Shown piece by piece: positions 29,863-38,708 of a DNA stretch of 64,000 bases (positions are counted from its first letter, which is position 1; the number at the start of each line of letters is the position of its first letter). The notes beneath the pieces are model-generated. The model made no database searches and was not told where the DNA came from. It was given only the letters and a program-made list of their open reading frames with translations. Source of the DNA: an uncultured Verrucomicrobiae bacterium (GTDB lineage: Bacteria; Verrucomicrobiota; Verrucomicrobiia; Chthoniobacterales; JAFAMB01); assembly GCA_963813025.1 (NCBI GenBank), contig CAWEXO010000016.1:32001-96000 (forward strand), given 5' to 3'. A program made the translations under genes and the position numbers.

Positions 29863-30411
29863 ATGGCGAGTGGTTCCCTCATCGATCCGCTTTTGCGGCA
29901 AGCTTTTTCTGCTCCTCTCCTGCTCCTGTGGCTGAGCGGTGGTCTGGTCCTCTGCGGCGTCCTGTTGTTTCTGATCCGGCAGATGCATCGACTGTTGCCG
30001 GCAAAGGTCTATGTGGAATCGGTCGCCAGCATTTTGACTCCTGCCGAAAGACTCTTTATGCAGAGCCTCGAGATCGCGACCGATGGGAGGTGGCGGATCT
30101 CCTTCAAGGTCCGGGTCGCGGATGTCATTGAGGTAACGAGTACGAATGGCCGGGAACGGCAGCGCCTGTTCCGACGGATCGCCGCCAAGCATATCGATTT
30201 TCTGCTTACCGACCCGGAAACATTCGAGCCAGTATTGGCCCTCGAGCTCGATGATTCTTCGCACGACCGAATCGAACGACGCCAACGTGACGAATTTCTC
30301 GATGAACTCTTCGCCGTCGCTCAGTTGCCGCTCGTGCGGGTCGATGCCGCCAGCCGGTATTCGCCAGACAAGATTTCCCGAGCTTTGAAGGCGGCACTCG
30401 TTGATCGCTAA
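29863..30411 (+). CDS. DUF2726 domain protein
   Basis: N-terminal TM; LTPAE, KVRVADV, KHIDFL, LELDDSSH and RD.F. Confidence 0.85.
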   Translation: MASGSLIDPLLRQAFSAPLLLLWLSGGLVLCGVLLFLIRQMHRLLPAKVYVESVASILTPAERLFMQSLEIATDGRWRISFKVRVADVIEVTSTNGRERQRLFRRIAAKHIDFLLTDPETFEPVLALELDDSSHDRIERRQRDEFLDELFAVAQLPLVRVDAASRYSPDKISRALKAALVDR

Positions 30412-30470
30412 TTAAGAGTGCAGGTACTTGGCGCCTTCCTGGTGTGAGATCATGACCTCCTCGGTAAGAC

Positions 30471-30851
30471 TCACCGCCATTCGGCAAACTTGGAGACCCA
30501 CGTAAGTTTCGAAGCGTGCGCTTCGTTTTCTGCCACGAGCTCCGAGATTTTTCGGCGAAATTCCGCGACCGACCGGTCATTCCTCTTTGCGGCATTCGCG
30601 ATCAAATTGCTGATCATGAATTCCAGGAACACGTTTGATAGCTTCTCCAGGAAAACCACCTCAGGGGCATTTTGTTGGCGTAAAATCTCGAGATACCGAT
30701 TCAGTTCGGCCCACAAATTGCTGAGAGCCGCTTGCCGCGAAATCTCGGCCGCTGCCCGAGTCGTTCGCCATAATTGGATTGAGTAGAACGTGTAGATGAT
30801 GGTCGAGATCGAGACAGCCGTAGCGAGAATCAAAGAGATATTGGCATTCAT
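30471..30851 (-). CDS. hypothetical membrane-anchored protein
   Basis: ATG at 30851 followed by a TM helix. The longer ORF call runs through a REP element. Confidence 0.55.
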   Translation of the reverse strand: MNANISLILATAVSISTIIYTFYSIQLWRTTRAAAEISRQAALSNLWAELNRYLEILRQQNAPEVVFLEKLSNVFLEFMISNLIANAAKRNDRSVAEFRRKISELVAENEAHASKLTWVSKFAEWR

Positions 30852-30931
30852 GTGCGCCTTTCGAAGGGACAGAGGAAATAGTGTTAAGCAGACGCCGCGT
30901 GTGCAAGATGAACAGCAACGCGATAGTAGTC

Positions 30932-31110
30932 TTGGAGTGCGTGCGACTTGTCGCCGCTTTGAGATCGCGCGGAGCGCGCCGTAGCCGAGTCCGCGAAAGC
31001 GAAGGAGGGAACACCCCGCCACAAGTCGGCTCTTCGTTGGAACGCCGGACTCCATGGTACGGTCCTCGATTTGGCTAGCTCGCGCTCCGCACGAATCCTA
31101 AAGCGGCGAC
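30932..31110. repeat. second GGAGTGCG-family REPIN-like element with a degenerate right arm
   Basis: 30-bp identity to 18091-18120; partial inverted arm AAAGCGGCGAC at 31100-31110. Confidence 0.75.
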
Positions 31111-31198
31111 CCGCTCGCTGCCGGTCAAGCAGGAGCTTGCCCATACCGACGCAGAGCATATCCCATGGCGGAACTGGCATCCTGCCGATTCCGAGTAC

Positions 31199-32029
31199 TC
31201 ACTTTAATCCGGCGGCGGCCATCACACCTTGTGTGACTTTCTTTTGAAAGAGCAGGTAAGCCGCCGCGGTCGGCAACGATGCGAGTACGGCGATCGCTGA
31301 GGTCTTGGCGAAAGCTATTCCATAAGCCGACTGGACCTGAGTCATGCCGACCGGAATCGTGAGCATCGGAGTAGAATTGGTAATGATGAACGGCCAGAAA
31401 AAGTTGTTCCAGGTCCCGATGAAAGTCACGATGCTCATCGCCCACACCACACTCCAGTTCAGAGGTAAATAGAGGTTGAATAGAATGCGGAGCTCAGCCG
31501 CGCCGTCCATCACTGCCGCGTCTCGAAAGTCCCGCGGCACCTCATCAAAGAACTGCTTGAATACGACTACCGAAAGAGGCGTCGCAATTTGCGGAATGAT
31601 GATGCCCGCGTAGGTGTTGACCAGGTTGAGCCGATTCATCGTCAGGAAGAGTGGAATCGCCATCGCGCTGAACGGAAGCATAAATCCCAACAGCAACAGC
31701 CAGTAAACGAACCGTTTCCCGGCAAATTCAAGCCGGGAAAGTGCATAGCCGCACATCAAGGAAAGCACGACGGAGCACACGGTAACGATTGCCGAAACCA
31801 GAACGGTATTCAGATACCATCGAAAAATCGGGCTATTTTGAATGACATACCAGAAAGCTCCGAAATCCGGCGGCCAGGGGATCAAGCTGGGCGGACTAGC
31901 GATCGTGTCCGTCTCTGTTTTCAAGGCGGTAACGACGATCCAATAGACCGGCGACAGCCAGATTAATCCCAGAACGACGGTCAATAGAGTACATACGAGA
32001 CCCAGAGGAGAAAGCGCCTGTTTTTTCAT
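31199..32029 (-). CDS. carbohydrate ABC transporter permease (MalG-like)
   Basis: DAAVMDGA EAA loop and WNNFFWP; ATG at 32029 overlaps the upstream stop. Confidence 0.9.
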   Translation of the reverse strand: MKKQALSPLGLVCTLLTVVLGLIWLSPVYWIVVTALKTETDTIASPPSLIPWPPDFGAFWYVIQNSPIFRWYLNTVLVSAIVTVCSVVLSLMCGYALSRLEFAGKRFVYWLLLLGFMLPFSAMAIPLFLTMNRLNLVNTYAGIIIPQIATPLSVVVFKQFFDEVPRDFRDAAVMDGAAELRILFNLYLPLNWSVVWAMSIVTFIGTWNNFFWPFIITNSTPMLTIPVGMTQVQSAYGIAFAKTSAIAVLASLPTAAAYLLFQKKVTQGVMAAAGLK

Positions 32030-32937
32030 TTGGCGCTCCTCACCCGCAACAAGCGGAACTGGAGGGCGGCGGCGAGTAAGATGATGACCACCAAAAAGAC
32101 CGCGATCGCCGAACCGTAGCCGCCGCGATTTTGCTGGAATGCCTCCCGATACATATAAAACAGCACAACGGTCGTCGAGTTGTATGGCCCTCCGCCGGTG
32201 AGCAGGTAAACCTGATCGAAGATTTTGAACTGGGCGATCAATTGTAAGATCAAAACCAGGCTGGCTATCGGCCAGATCAACGGGCAGGTAATAAACAGAA
32301 AGCGGTGCAGCCCGTTGGCTCCATCCAAGGCGGCCGCCTCGTAGTATTCCGTCGGAATATTCTGCAAGCCGGCAACAAACAAGAGCATATTGAAGCCGAC
32401 GGTCCACCAAATGGTCACAGCGGCGACTCCAATCATCGCCCAGACTGGATCCTGGAACCATGCAAGATTGGTGCCAAAGAGATAGTTAATTATCCCAAAA
32501 TTAGCATCCAACATCCAGAGCGCCGTAGTAGTGACGACACTGACCGGAAGAATGTAAGGCAGAAAAAAAGCGGACAATACAGCCAGCCGTAGTCGTCGCA
32601 GCCGAACGACGAGCAAAGCTAGAGCAAACCCGATCGCGGTATTTGGAACAACCGTCAAAAAAACAAAATACAGAGTATGCCAGACCGAAGCCCAGAAATC
32701 CTGGTCCCGCAGTAATTCCGCATAATTACGTAAACCAACGAAGCCGCCCTGGCCGGCGATATCGGAATTGGTCAGACTAAGATAACAAACCTCGATCGCC
32801 GGAAAGAGCAGGAACCCGCCATAGAAGATCAGGAAAGGAAGCAAAAAGACCCAGGCGACCCGCCAGCCTTGCCGGCCAGAGCGCCGATGGTGCACCACCC
32901 GTTCGGCCGGCGGCACGCGAATCTGAGCGACGCGCAC
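32026..32937 (-). CDS. carbohydrate ABC transporter permease (MalF-like)
   Basis: FVGLRNY, YEAAALDGA and LTGGGP. Confidence 0.9.
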   Translation of the reverse strand: MRVAQIRVPPAERVVHHRRSGRQGWRVAWVFLLPFLIFYGGFLLFPAIEVCYLSLTNSDIAGQGGFVGLRNYAELLRDQDFWASVWHTLYFVFLTVVPNTAIGFALALLVVRLRRLRLAVLSAFFLPYILPVSVVTTTALWMLDANFGIINYLFGTNLAWFQDPVWAMIGVAAVTIWWTVGFNMLLFVAGLQNIPTEYYEAAALDGANGLHRFLFITCPLIWPIASLVLILQLIAQFKIFDQVYLLTGGGPYNSTTVVLFYMYREAFQQNRGGYGSAIAVFLVVIILLAAALQFRLLRVRSAK

Positions 32938-32955
32938 AACAAGAAAAGTAGCAAA

Positions 32956-34263
32956 CTAAGGCTGTTGTTGCTTAACGAATTTTTGTAGCTCGTCAACGAA
33001 CTTTTTCAGGCCCTGTGCCGGCGGAATCTCCCCGTTCACCACCGGTATGAGGAAATTGCTGATCGGAACAAAGGTCGGTCCTCCTACGCCAAAGATGGGA
33101 AGGGGCGGTTCGAAGGTAATGTTCTTGGCTGCCTCGGCACTATACTGGTTATTGGGCGACATATTCTTATAAGCTTCGCTTTCCTGTACGGGGAGGTAAG
33201 CTGGGATATGTCCGCCCCCGGCCCAAGTCACTTGCCTAACCACGTAGGCGATGAACGTCAGAGCAGCTTTCAGTTTATCGGGCGATAACGGGGACTTCGC
33301 ATTGTTGGGTATGGCTAATTGATGAGAGTCAGCCCAGGTCTTTTGATTCTCATAAAGCTTGGGAAATGCCATGATACCGTACTCAAACCCGAGCTTGCTC
33401 TGCTTTTGCAGATCAACCAGGGTCGGTACCTCCCAGTTGCCGTTAACCATGAAAGTGGAACGGCCGGCAGTGAACAATGCGACCATGGCGGGATAGGTCG
33501 TATTCTTCGGGACCAGACCTTGCTTGCTCCAATCCGCAACGAGCTGGAGAGCCTTTAGTCCTTGGTTGTCGACATCCGCAAAAGTTAGCTGGCCGTTCTT
33601 CACGAAATCGCCTCCCTGCTGGCTGAACAAGGTGTACCAGACACGCCAGATCGAAGCCGGGTCCGCCGAGTTGGTTGACATTGCCATCGGGATGAGGTGG
33701 TTCTTCTGTTTGGCCGTCGACAAAAGCTTGGTGAAGGCGTCGCTGCTGTCCAGGTTTGCCGGTTTACCGTCTGCGCCCAGGAGCCCGGCTTTTTGCAAGG
33801 CAGTCTTGTTATAATAGAGAACAAGGGTATGGATATCGAGTGGCACGCCAAAGAGTTGGTCAGTTTGGCCATACTTTTGGCTGATCTCCTGCGAACGCTG
33901 AACGAGCGATGCTTGAAAATCGGACGGTTTCAGGCCGACCATGGCGAGTTCGTCATTGCTAATCGGACGCAGATCTTTGGCCGAAATACCGGCTGGAAAA
34001 TGCGACAGATGATAGGTCATGACATCGGGCGTCTGACCCGCGACGACCGCGGTGTGTACCTTGGTGTAAAATGGTTCGCCCCAAGTGAGGGTCGATTCAT
34101 TGACATGAATGTCGCTTTGCGACTGATTAAACTGGGCAACAATCTGCTTCATTCGCACGCCGTCTCCGCCTCCCAGGAAGTCCCAGTAGGTGAGTTCGGT
34201 CGGTGCAGCATGGGCGATCAGTGGGCTCAGAGCCGTCACGAGGGCAAGTAGGGGAAGTCTCAT
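32956..34263 (-). CDS. extracellular sugar-binding protein (SBP family 1)
   Basis: Signal peptide MRLPLLAL..AHA; LYYNK and G.W motifs; lies in an operon with the permeases. Confidence 0.88.
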   Translation of the reverse strand: MRLPLLALVTALSPLIAHAAPTELTYWDFLGGGDGVRMKQIVAQFNQSQSDIHVNESTLTWGEPFYTKVHTAVVAGQTPDVMTYHLSHFPAGISAKDLRPISNDELAMVGLKPSDFQASLVQRSQEISQKYGQTDQLFGVPLDIHTLVLYYNKTALQKAGLLGADGKPANLDSSDAFTKLLSTAKQKNHLIPMAMSTNSADPASIWRVWYTLFSQQGGDFVKNGQLTFADVDNQGLKALQLVADWSKQGLVPKNTTYPAMVALFTAGRSTFMVNGNWEVPTLVDLQKQSKLGFEYGIMAFPKLYENQKTWADSHQLAIPNNAKSPLSPDKLKAALTFIAYVVRQVTWAGGGHIPAYLPVQESEAYKNMSPNNQYSAEAAKNITFEPPLPIFGVGGPTFVPISNFLIPVVNGEIPPAQGLKKFVDELQKFVKQQQP

Positions 34264-34328
34264 TTTTGTGGGGGAATACGCTCTACTATTAAAGGACCAT
34301 TCGTAGCCGGCAGCAACCCTGAATAGCA

Positions 34329-35834
34329 TTAGTAGCTCAGCGCAACCAGGCTCCAGGAGAAGGGGGGCAGTTTCGCGGTAATCCGGTCCGAGGTAACAGT
34401 GTATTCCGATGATCGGCCAGGCGATACGCGGTCGGGTTGCTCAGCCGAGTTCGTCTCCTTCAGATTCGGTCCGCAGATCTGGGTCAGTTCGCAGCTGCCG
34501 ATCGCGGGAAACCCGCGGAGCTCGATCGTTAGCTCGTCGGTTTCCTCCGATCTTCGATTGAGCAGGAAAACGACAATTTTTCTGTGAGCGTAGTCGTGCA
34601 ATGGAGCAGCCAGAAGCGCAGGAACGAAACCGGCGGTTTTCGTCGTCAGCTGATCGGTGACGACACTCGATCGCATCACTGCGCCGTTCGCATGCTGTGC
34701 GGTCAATTGGAAAGGGTGAAAAATCGTTTGGCGCCAGGCTCGTCCGCCGGGCTCGGTGAAGATGGGTCCAATGATATTCACTAATTGGGCGAGACAAGCA
34801 GCCTGCACTCGATCAGCATTATTGATCAGCGTGATCAACGCGCCCCCGACTAACAACGCGTCTTGGAGATCATAGATTTCCTCGATCAACCGCGGGGCGG
34901 TTGGCCAACCGGGTTTTTTGTGTTCCGCATCGGTTCGCGCTTTGTACCAGACATTCCACTCATCGAACGAGAGCGCGATGCGCTTTGACGAACGCCGTTT
35001 GGCTGCTACCGCGTCACATACCGAAACCGCTTCCTTGACGAAACGGTCCATCACATCCGCGTTGCTCAAGAACTCGACAGCATTATCGAGCGGATTCTCG
35101 AAATACATGTGGAGCGACAGGAAATCGATCTGCTCAAAGCATTCATCGAGAGATTCATATTCCCAGCTTCCAAAAGTCGGCATGGTGCGGGCGGACGAGC
35201 CGCAGGCCGCCACTTGAACAGTGGGATCGACCCACTTCATCACTTTTGCCGTCTCTTTAGCGGCGCGCCCATATTCATAAGCCGTCTTCTGGCAAATCTG
35301 CCACGGACCATCCATTTCATTGCCTAAGCACCAGAACTTGACGCCGTGCGGCTCGGGATATCCGTGCCGGGCGCGCAAGTCGCTCCAATGCGTGCCGCCG
35401 GAATGATTGCAGTATTCCAGGAAAGCACGCGCTTGGTCCGGGCCGCGTGTTCCGAGATTTACGCCGAGCATCGGTTCGCAGTTCGCGGCGCGACACCAAG
35501 CGATGAATTCGTTCGGGCCAAACTGGTTAGTTTCCGTGCTGGCCCAAGCGAGATCGAGGCGAACGGGACGTTGCTCTCGGGGGCCGACGCCGTCCTCCCA
35601 GTTGTATCCGGAAAGAAAATTACCGCCGGGATAGCGAACAATGGTTGGCCCGAGTTCTCGGACCAGAGCCAGCACATCGCCGCGAAACCCGTTCGCGTCG
35701 GCGGTTGGATGTCCGGGTTCGAAAATGCCGGTGTAGACGCACCGGCCCATGTGTTCAACGAATGCCCCAAAGATTCGGCGGTCCAAGGAGGCAAGGACGA
35801 AGTCAGCATCGAGCAAAATACGAGAGGAAGGCAT
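34329..35834 (-). CDS. abfA: alpha-L-arabinofuranosidase, GH51
   Basis: FVEHMGR, RYPGGNF, WCLGNEMDG, FDEWNVW and AQLVN. Confidence 0.93.
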   Translation of the reverse strand: MPSSRILLDADFVLASLDRRIFGAFVEHMGRCVYTGIFEPGHPTADANGFRGDVLALVRELGPTIVRYPGGNFLSGYNWEDGVGPREQRPVRLDLAWASTETNQFGPNEFIAWCRAANCEPMLGVNLGTRGPDQARAFLEYCNHSGGTHWSDLRARHGYPEPHGVKFWCLGNEMDGPWQICQKTAYEYGRAAKETAKVMKWVDPTVQVAACGSSARTMPTFGSWEYESLDECFEQIDFLSLHMYFENPLDNAVEFLSNADVMDRFVKEAVSVCDAVAAKRRSSKRIALSFDEWNVWYKARTDAEHKKPGWPTAPRLIEEIYDLQDALLVGGALITLINNADRVQAACLAQLVNIIGPIFTEPGGRAWRQTIFHPFQLTAQHANGAVMRSSVVTDQLTTKTAGFVPALLAAPLHDYAHRKIVVFLLNRRSEETDELTIELRGFPAIGSCELTQICGPNLKETNSAEQPDRVSPGRSSEYTVTSDRITAKLPPFSWSLVALSY

Positions 35835-35990
35835 AACGGGTGCCGTTGCTATTTTTAGAAGAGAGGAATGCCACGTGTCTCACAAGGAAAAATGTTCGCA
35901 GATTTTGAACAGAAGCTCTCAAAGCTCACAGCGCAGTGCAGCCGCAACCAAAGCATCCGCGCGGATGCAGCCCCAGGGAAGAAAAGGAGT

Positions 35991-36220
35991 TCGAGGAAGT
36001 TCAAGGAAGTTCGAGGAAGTTCGAGGAAGTTCGAGGAAGGTCGAGGAAGGTCGAGGAAGGTCATGGAGCGACCATCCGTGATGTGCGACCTGGATGGTCC
36101 CGCCTTCAGGTTGCCCAGTTCTGAACCGGGTTGAGGGTGCCCTCCAATCAGAGTACGGCCCAGGAGGACCGAACATGCCGCCGTCGAAATCCTTGAACTT
36201 CCTTGAACTTCCCTGAACTT
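35991..36220. repeat. 10-bp tandem repeat (TCGAGGAAGK x7) with an inverted tract (CCTTGAACTT x3)
   Basis: Tracts at 35991-36060 and 36191-36220, between the divergent abfA and dinB genes. Confidence 0.9.
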
Positions 36221-36242
36221 CCCTTTCACACCGGCCCCGCTG

Positions 36243-37295
36243 ATGCATGCGCGTAAAATTATCCATCTGGACATGGATTGCTTTTATGCCGCGATCGAAG
36301 TGCGCGACCATCCGGAGCTCGCCGGAAAGCCAGTCGCTGTCGGTGGCGCACGTGATCAGCGCGGTGTCCTGACAACCTGCAATTACGAGGCGCGCGAGTT
36401 CGGAGCGCGCTCAGCGATGCCGACCTATCAAGCCTTACAGCGATGTCCTCAACTGATCATCATGCCAAGCCGGTTCGACGTCTATCGCCGGGAATCGGCT
36501 AAGATCCGTTCGATTCTGCGGCCGTTCACCGATTTGGTCGAACCGCTCTCGCTCGACGAAGCGTTTCTCGACGTGTCCCAGCGGGACGGCGACCCCGCGG
36601 CCGTCGCGACCATGATCCGCGAGCTGATCTTCCAGCAAACAAAGCTGACCGCGTCCGCCGGCATCGCTCCGAACAAGATGCTGGCCAAAATCGCGAGCGA
36701 CTGGCGCAAGCCAAACGGCCAATTTGAAATCAAGCCAGACGAAGTCGGTGCTTTTCTCCGCGAACTACCGGTCCGGAAACTCTGGGGAATTGGCCAAAAA
36801 TCAGCGGAGAAGCTCTACCGGTCTGGGATAAGCACTTGCGGACAATTGCAACAGCGGTCCCGGATCGAGTTGGTAGAGCTCTTCGGCCGTTTCGGTTTGG
36901 AGCTCTACGATCTGTGCCGAGGAATTGACCTCCGGGAAGTTGTGCCGGATCGCATCAGAAAATCTCTCAGTAATGAACGGACTTTTACCCACGACCTGAC
37001 TTCGCTCGTCCAATGTGAGGCGCGAATCCCAGAACTTTTCGAAGAGCTCGTGGCAGATCTGCAGCATTCGGGCGAGATCAATCGGGTAAAGACCATCTTC
37101 GTCAAAATTCGGTTCTCGGATTTCTCCCGGACTACCGTCGAAAGAGCGGGTCTGGAGATGGTTCTTTCCAACTACCTGCAACTGCTGCGGGAAGGGCTGG
37201 GTCGGAAGGACCTGCACGTCCGGCTTCTCGGGCTGGGTGTGCGTTTTGCGGAACCGCAAGCCCCCGGGCCAGAGCAGTTGAAGCTTCAGCTCTAG
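36243..37295 (+). CDS. dinB: DNA polymerase IV
   Basis: IIHLDMDCFYA, NYEAR, SLDEAFLD, KMLAKIASD and KPNG. Confidence 0.95.
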   Translation: MHARKIIHLDMDCFYAAIEVRDHPELAGKPVAVGGARDQRGVLTTCNYEAREFGARSAMPTYQALQRCPQLIIMPSRFDVYRRESAKIRSILRPFTDLVEPLSLDEAFLDVSQRDGDPAAVATMIRELIFQQTKLTASAGIAPNKMLAKIASDWRKPNGQFEIKPDEVGAFLRELPVRKLWGIGQKSAEKLYRSGISTCGQLQQRSRIELVELFGRFGLELYDLCRGIDLREVVPDRIRKSLSNERTFTHDLTSLVQCEARIPELFEELVADLQHSGEINRVKTIFVKIRFSDFSRTTVERAGLEMVLSNYLQLLREGLGRKDLHVRLLGLGVRFAEPQAPGPEQLKLQL

Positions 37296-37299
37296 AGGT

Positions 37300-37481
37300 A
37301 GTGCCAGTATCAGTGCCAGTGCTAGTGCCAGTGCCAGTGCCAGTGCCAGTGCCAGTGCTAGTGCTGCTAGTTGTCGGCCATCGTTCATCGTTCATCGCTC
37401 ATCAGTCATCGGCCATCAGTCATCGGCCATTGGCCATCGGCCAACGGTCATTGGTCACTGGCTATCGGCCATTGGCCATTG
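37300..37481. repeat. compound microsatellite: ~11 AGTGCY hexamers followed by ~15 degenerate heptamers
   Basis: Directly visible right after the dinB stop codon. Confidence 0.9.
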
Positions 37482-37493
37482 TTTACTAACCCG

Positions 37494-38654
37494 ATGATCG
37501 CCCCTTACCGGTTTACCCCTCGTACGCGTTTGCTGGATGTGATGCGCCAAGCCGCCGATCCGCTGCTAATCAATTTGGCGGCCGGACTGCCCTCCTCCGA
37601 TTGCGTCCCAAAAGTCGAACTGAAAACGGCTTTTGACCTGGCACTGGGCGCTTTTGCGGACGAAGCATTGGGCTACCACACTCCGGACGGGGATTATGGA
37701 CTTCGCGAAATCCTCACCGAACGATTCGCCCGGCGCGGGATCCGAACCACCGCCGAGAGAATGGTCCTCACCACAGGTTGCACCCAGGCCCTCAACGGGA
37801 TGATCCGCCTGCTGGCCTCGTGGGGCGACATCGTCGCTTGTGAAGCACCCGCCTATTACGCCACGCTGGAGATCCTCGGGGATATTGGCTGCCGAATCCT
37901 CCCCGTAACTGTGAAAGGCAATGAAGGTCTCGATCTGGAATTGGCCGCGACCCTCTTTGATCGCTATCGGCCAAAGGTCTTGGTGTTGTGCTCCACGTTA
38001 TCCAATCCTTCGGGTGCGACGCTTTCCAACGAAGCGCGAGCAGCTCTGCTCGACATTTGCCGGCGCACCGAAACCAAGATCGTTGAAGACGAAATCTACG
38101 GCGACCTCTCGGAGCAAACTGATTTAAGACCGATTCGCGCCCTGGACGACGGTTCGACGGTTTCCTATGTCACGAGCTTCTCTAAGACGGTAGCGCCGGG
38201 GATCAGGGTAGGCGCCTGCCTGCCTGCGGGTGATGTTGACCGTTTTGCGCGGCTCAAATGTCAGCAGGATATGCATTCTTCGACGCTCTGCGAAGTCGCT
38301 TTCCGCAAGTACCTGGAAATGGAAACCTTTGATCACCATCTCCAGCACGTGCGAACCTTAAACGCCGGCCGCCGGCAATTGGCTTTGAACCTCATCCGCG
38401 AGAATTTCCCCGCCGGCACCCAGGTGATTCCGCCGGACGGAGGGTTCCTGCTTTGGGCGGAGTTGCCGAGGACTGGTTTGATCGAAGATCTTTACTCGGC
38501 CAGTCTGCGAAATGGCGTCGCCTTCTGTCCGGGGACGGCATTTTATTCTGCGCACACTGAGACTTGTGCCATGCGCATCAATTGTTCTCGGCCCACCGAA
38601 CGGCAGCTGATCAAAGGAATAAGAACGCTCGGACGTCTGGCCAGACAGGCGTAG
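37494..38654 (+). CDS. PLP-dependent aminotransferase (class I/II, MocR/LysN-like, no HTH)
   Basis: INLAAGLP, NPSGAT, EDEIY and SFSKTVAPGIRVG. Confidence 0.88.
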   Translation: MIAPYRFTPRTRLLDVMRQAADPLLINLAAGLPSSDCVPKVELKTAFDLALGAFADEALGYHTPDGDYGLREILTERFARRGIRTTAERMVLTTGCTQALNGMIRLLASWGDIVACEAPAYYATLEILGDIGCRILPVTVKGNEGLDLELAATLFDRYRPKVLVLCSTLSNPSGATLSNEARAALLDICRRTETKIVEDEIYGDLSEQTDLRPIRALDDGSTVSYVTSFSKTVAPGIRVGACLPAGDVDRFARLKCQQDMHSSTLCEVAFRKYLEMETFDHHLQHVRTLNAGRRQLALNLIRENFPAGTQVIPPDGGFLLWAELPRTGLIEDLYSASLRNGVAFCPGTAFYSAHTETCAMRINCSRPTERQLIKGIRTLGRLARQA

Positions 38655-38708
38655 CGGGGACGGCCTTCCAATTTGCCATCGAGCGTTTTTGCGTCACTAT
38701 TTGCGGCC

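Noticed and set aside
35893..35911. LexA box upstream of dinB (TGTTC...GAACA)
   Set aside because: The spacer is 9 nt rather than the 4 nt I recall for Verrucomicrobia, and the site is more than 300 bp from dinB.
35749..37493. Low-complexity ORFs (VPVPVP, ALALAL, GSSRKFEEV, HRSSLISH)
   Set aside because: They are translations of DNA tandem repeats that lack stops; there is no independent coding evidence.
37494..38654. Truncated MocR regulator that lost its HTH
   Set aside because: Stand-alone aminotransferases of this length are common, and no HTH remnant is visible upstream.
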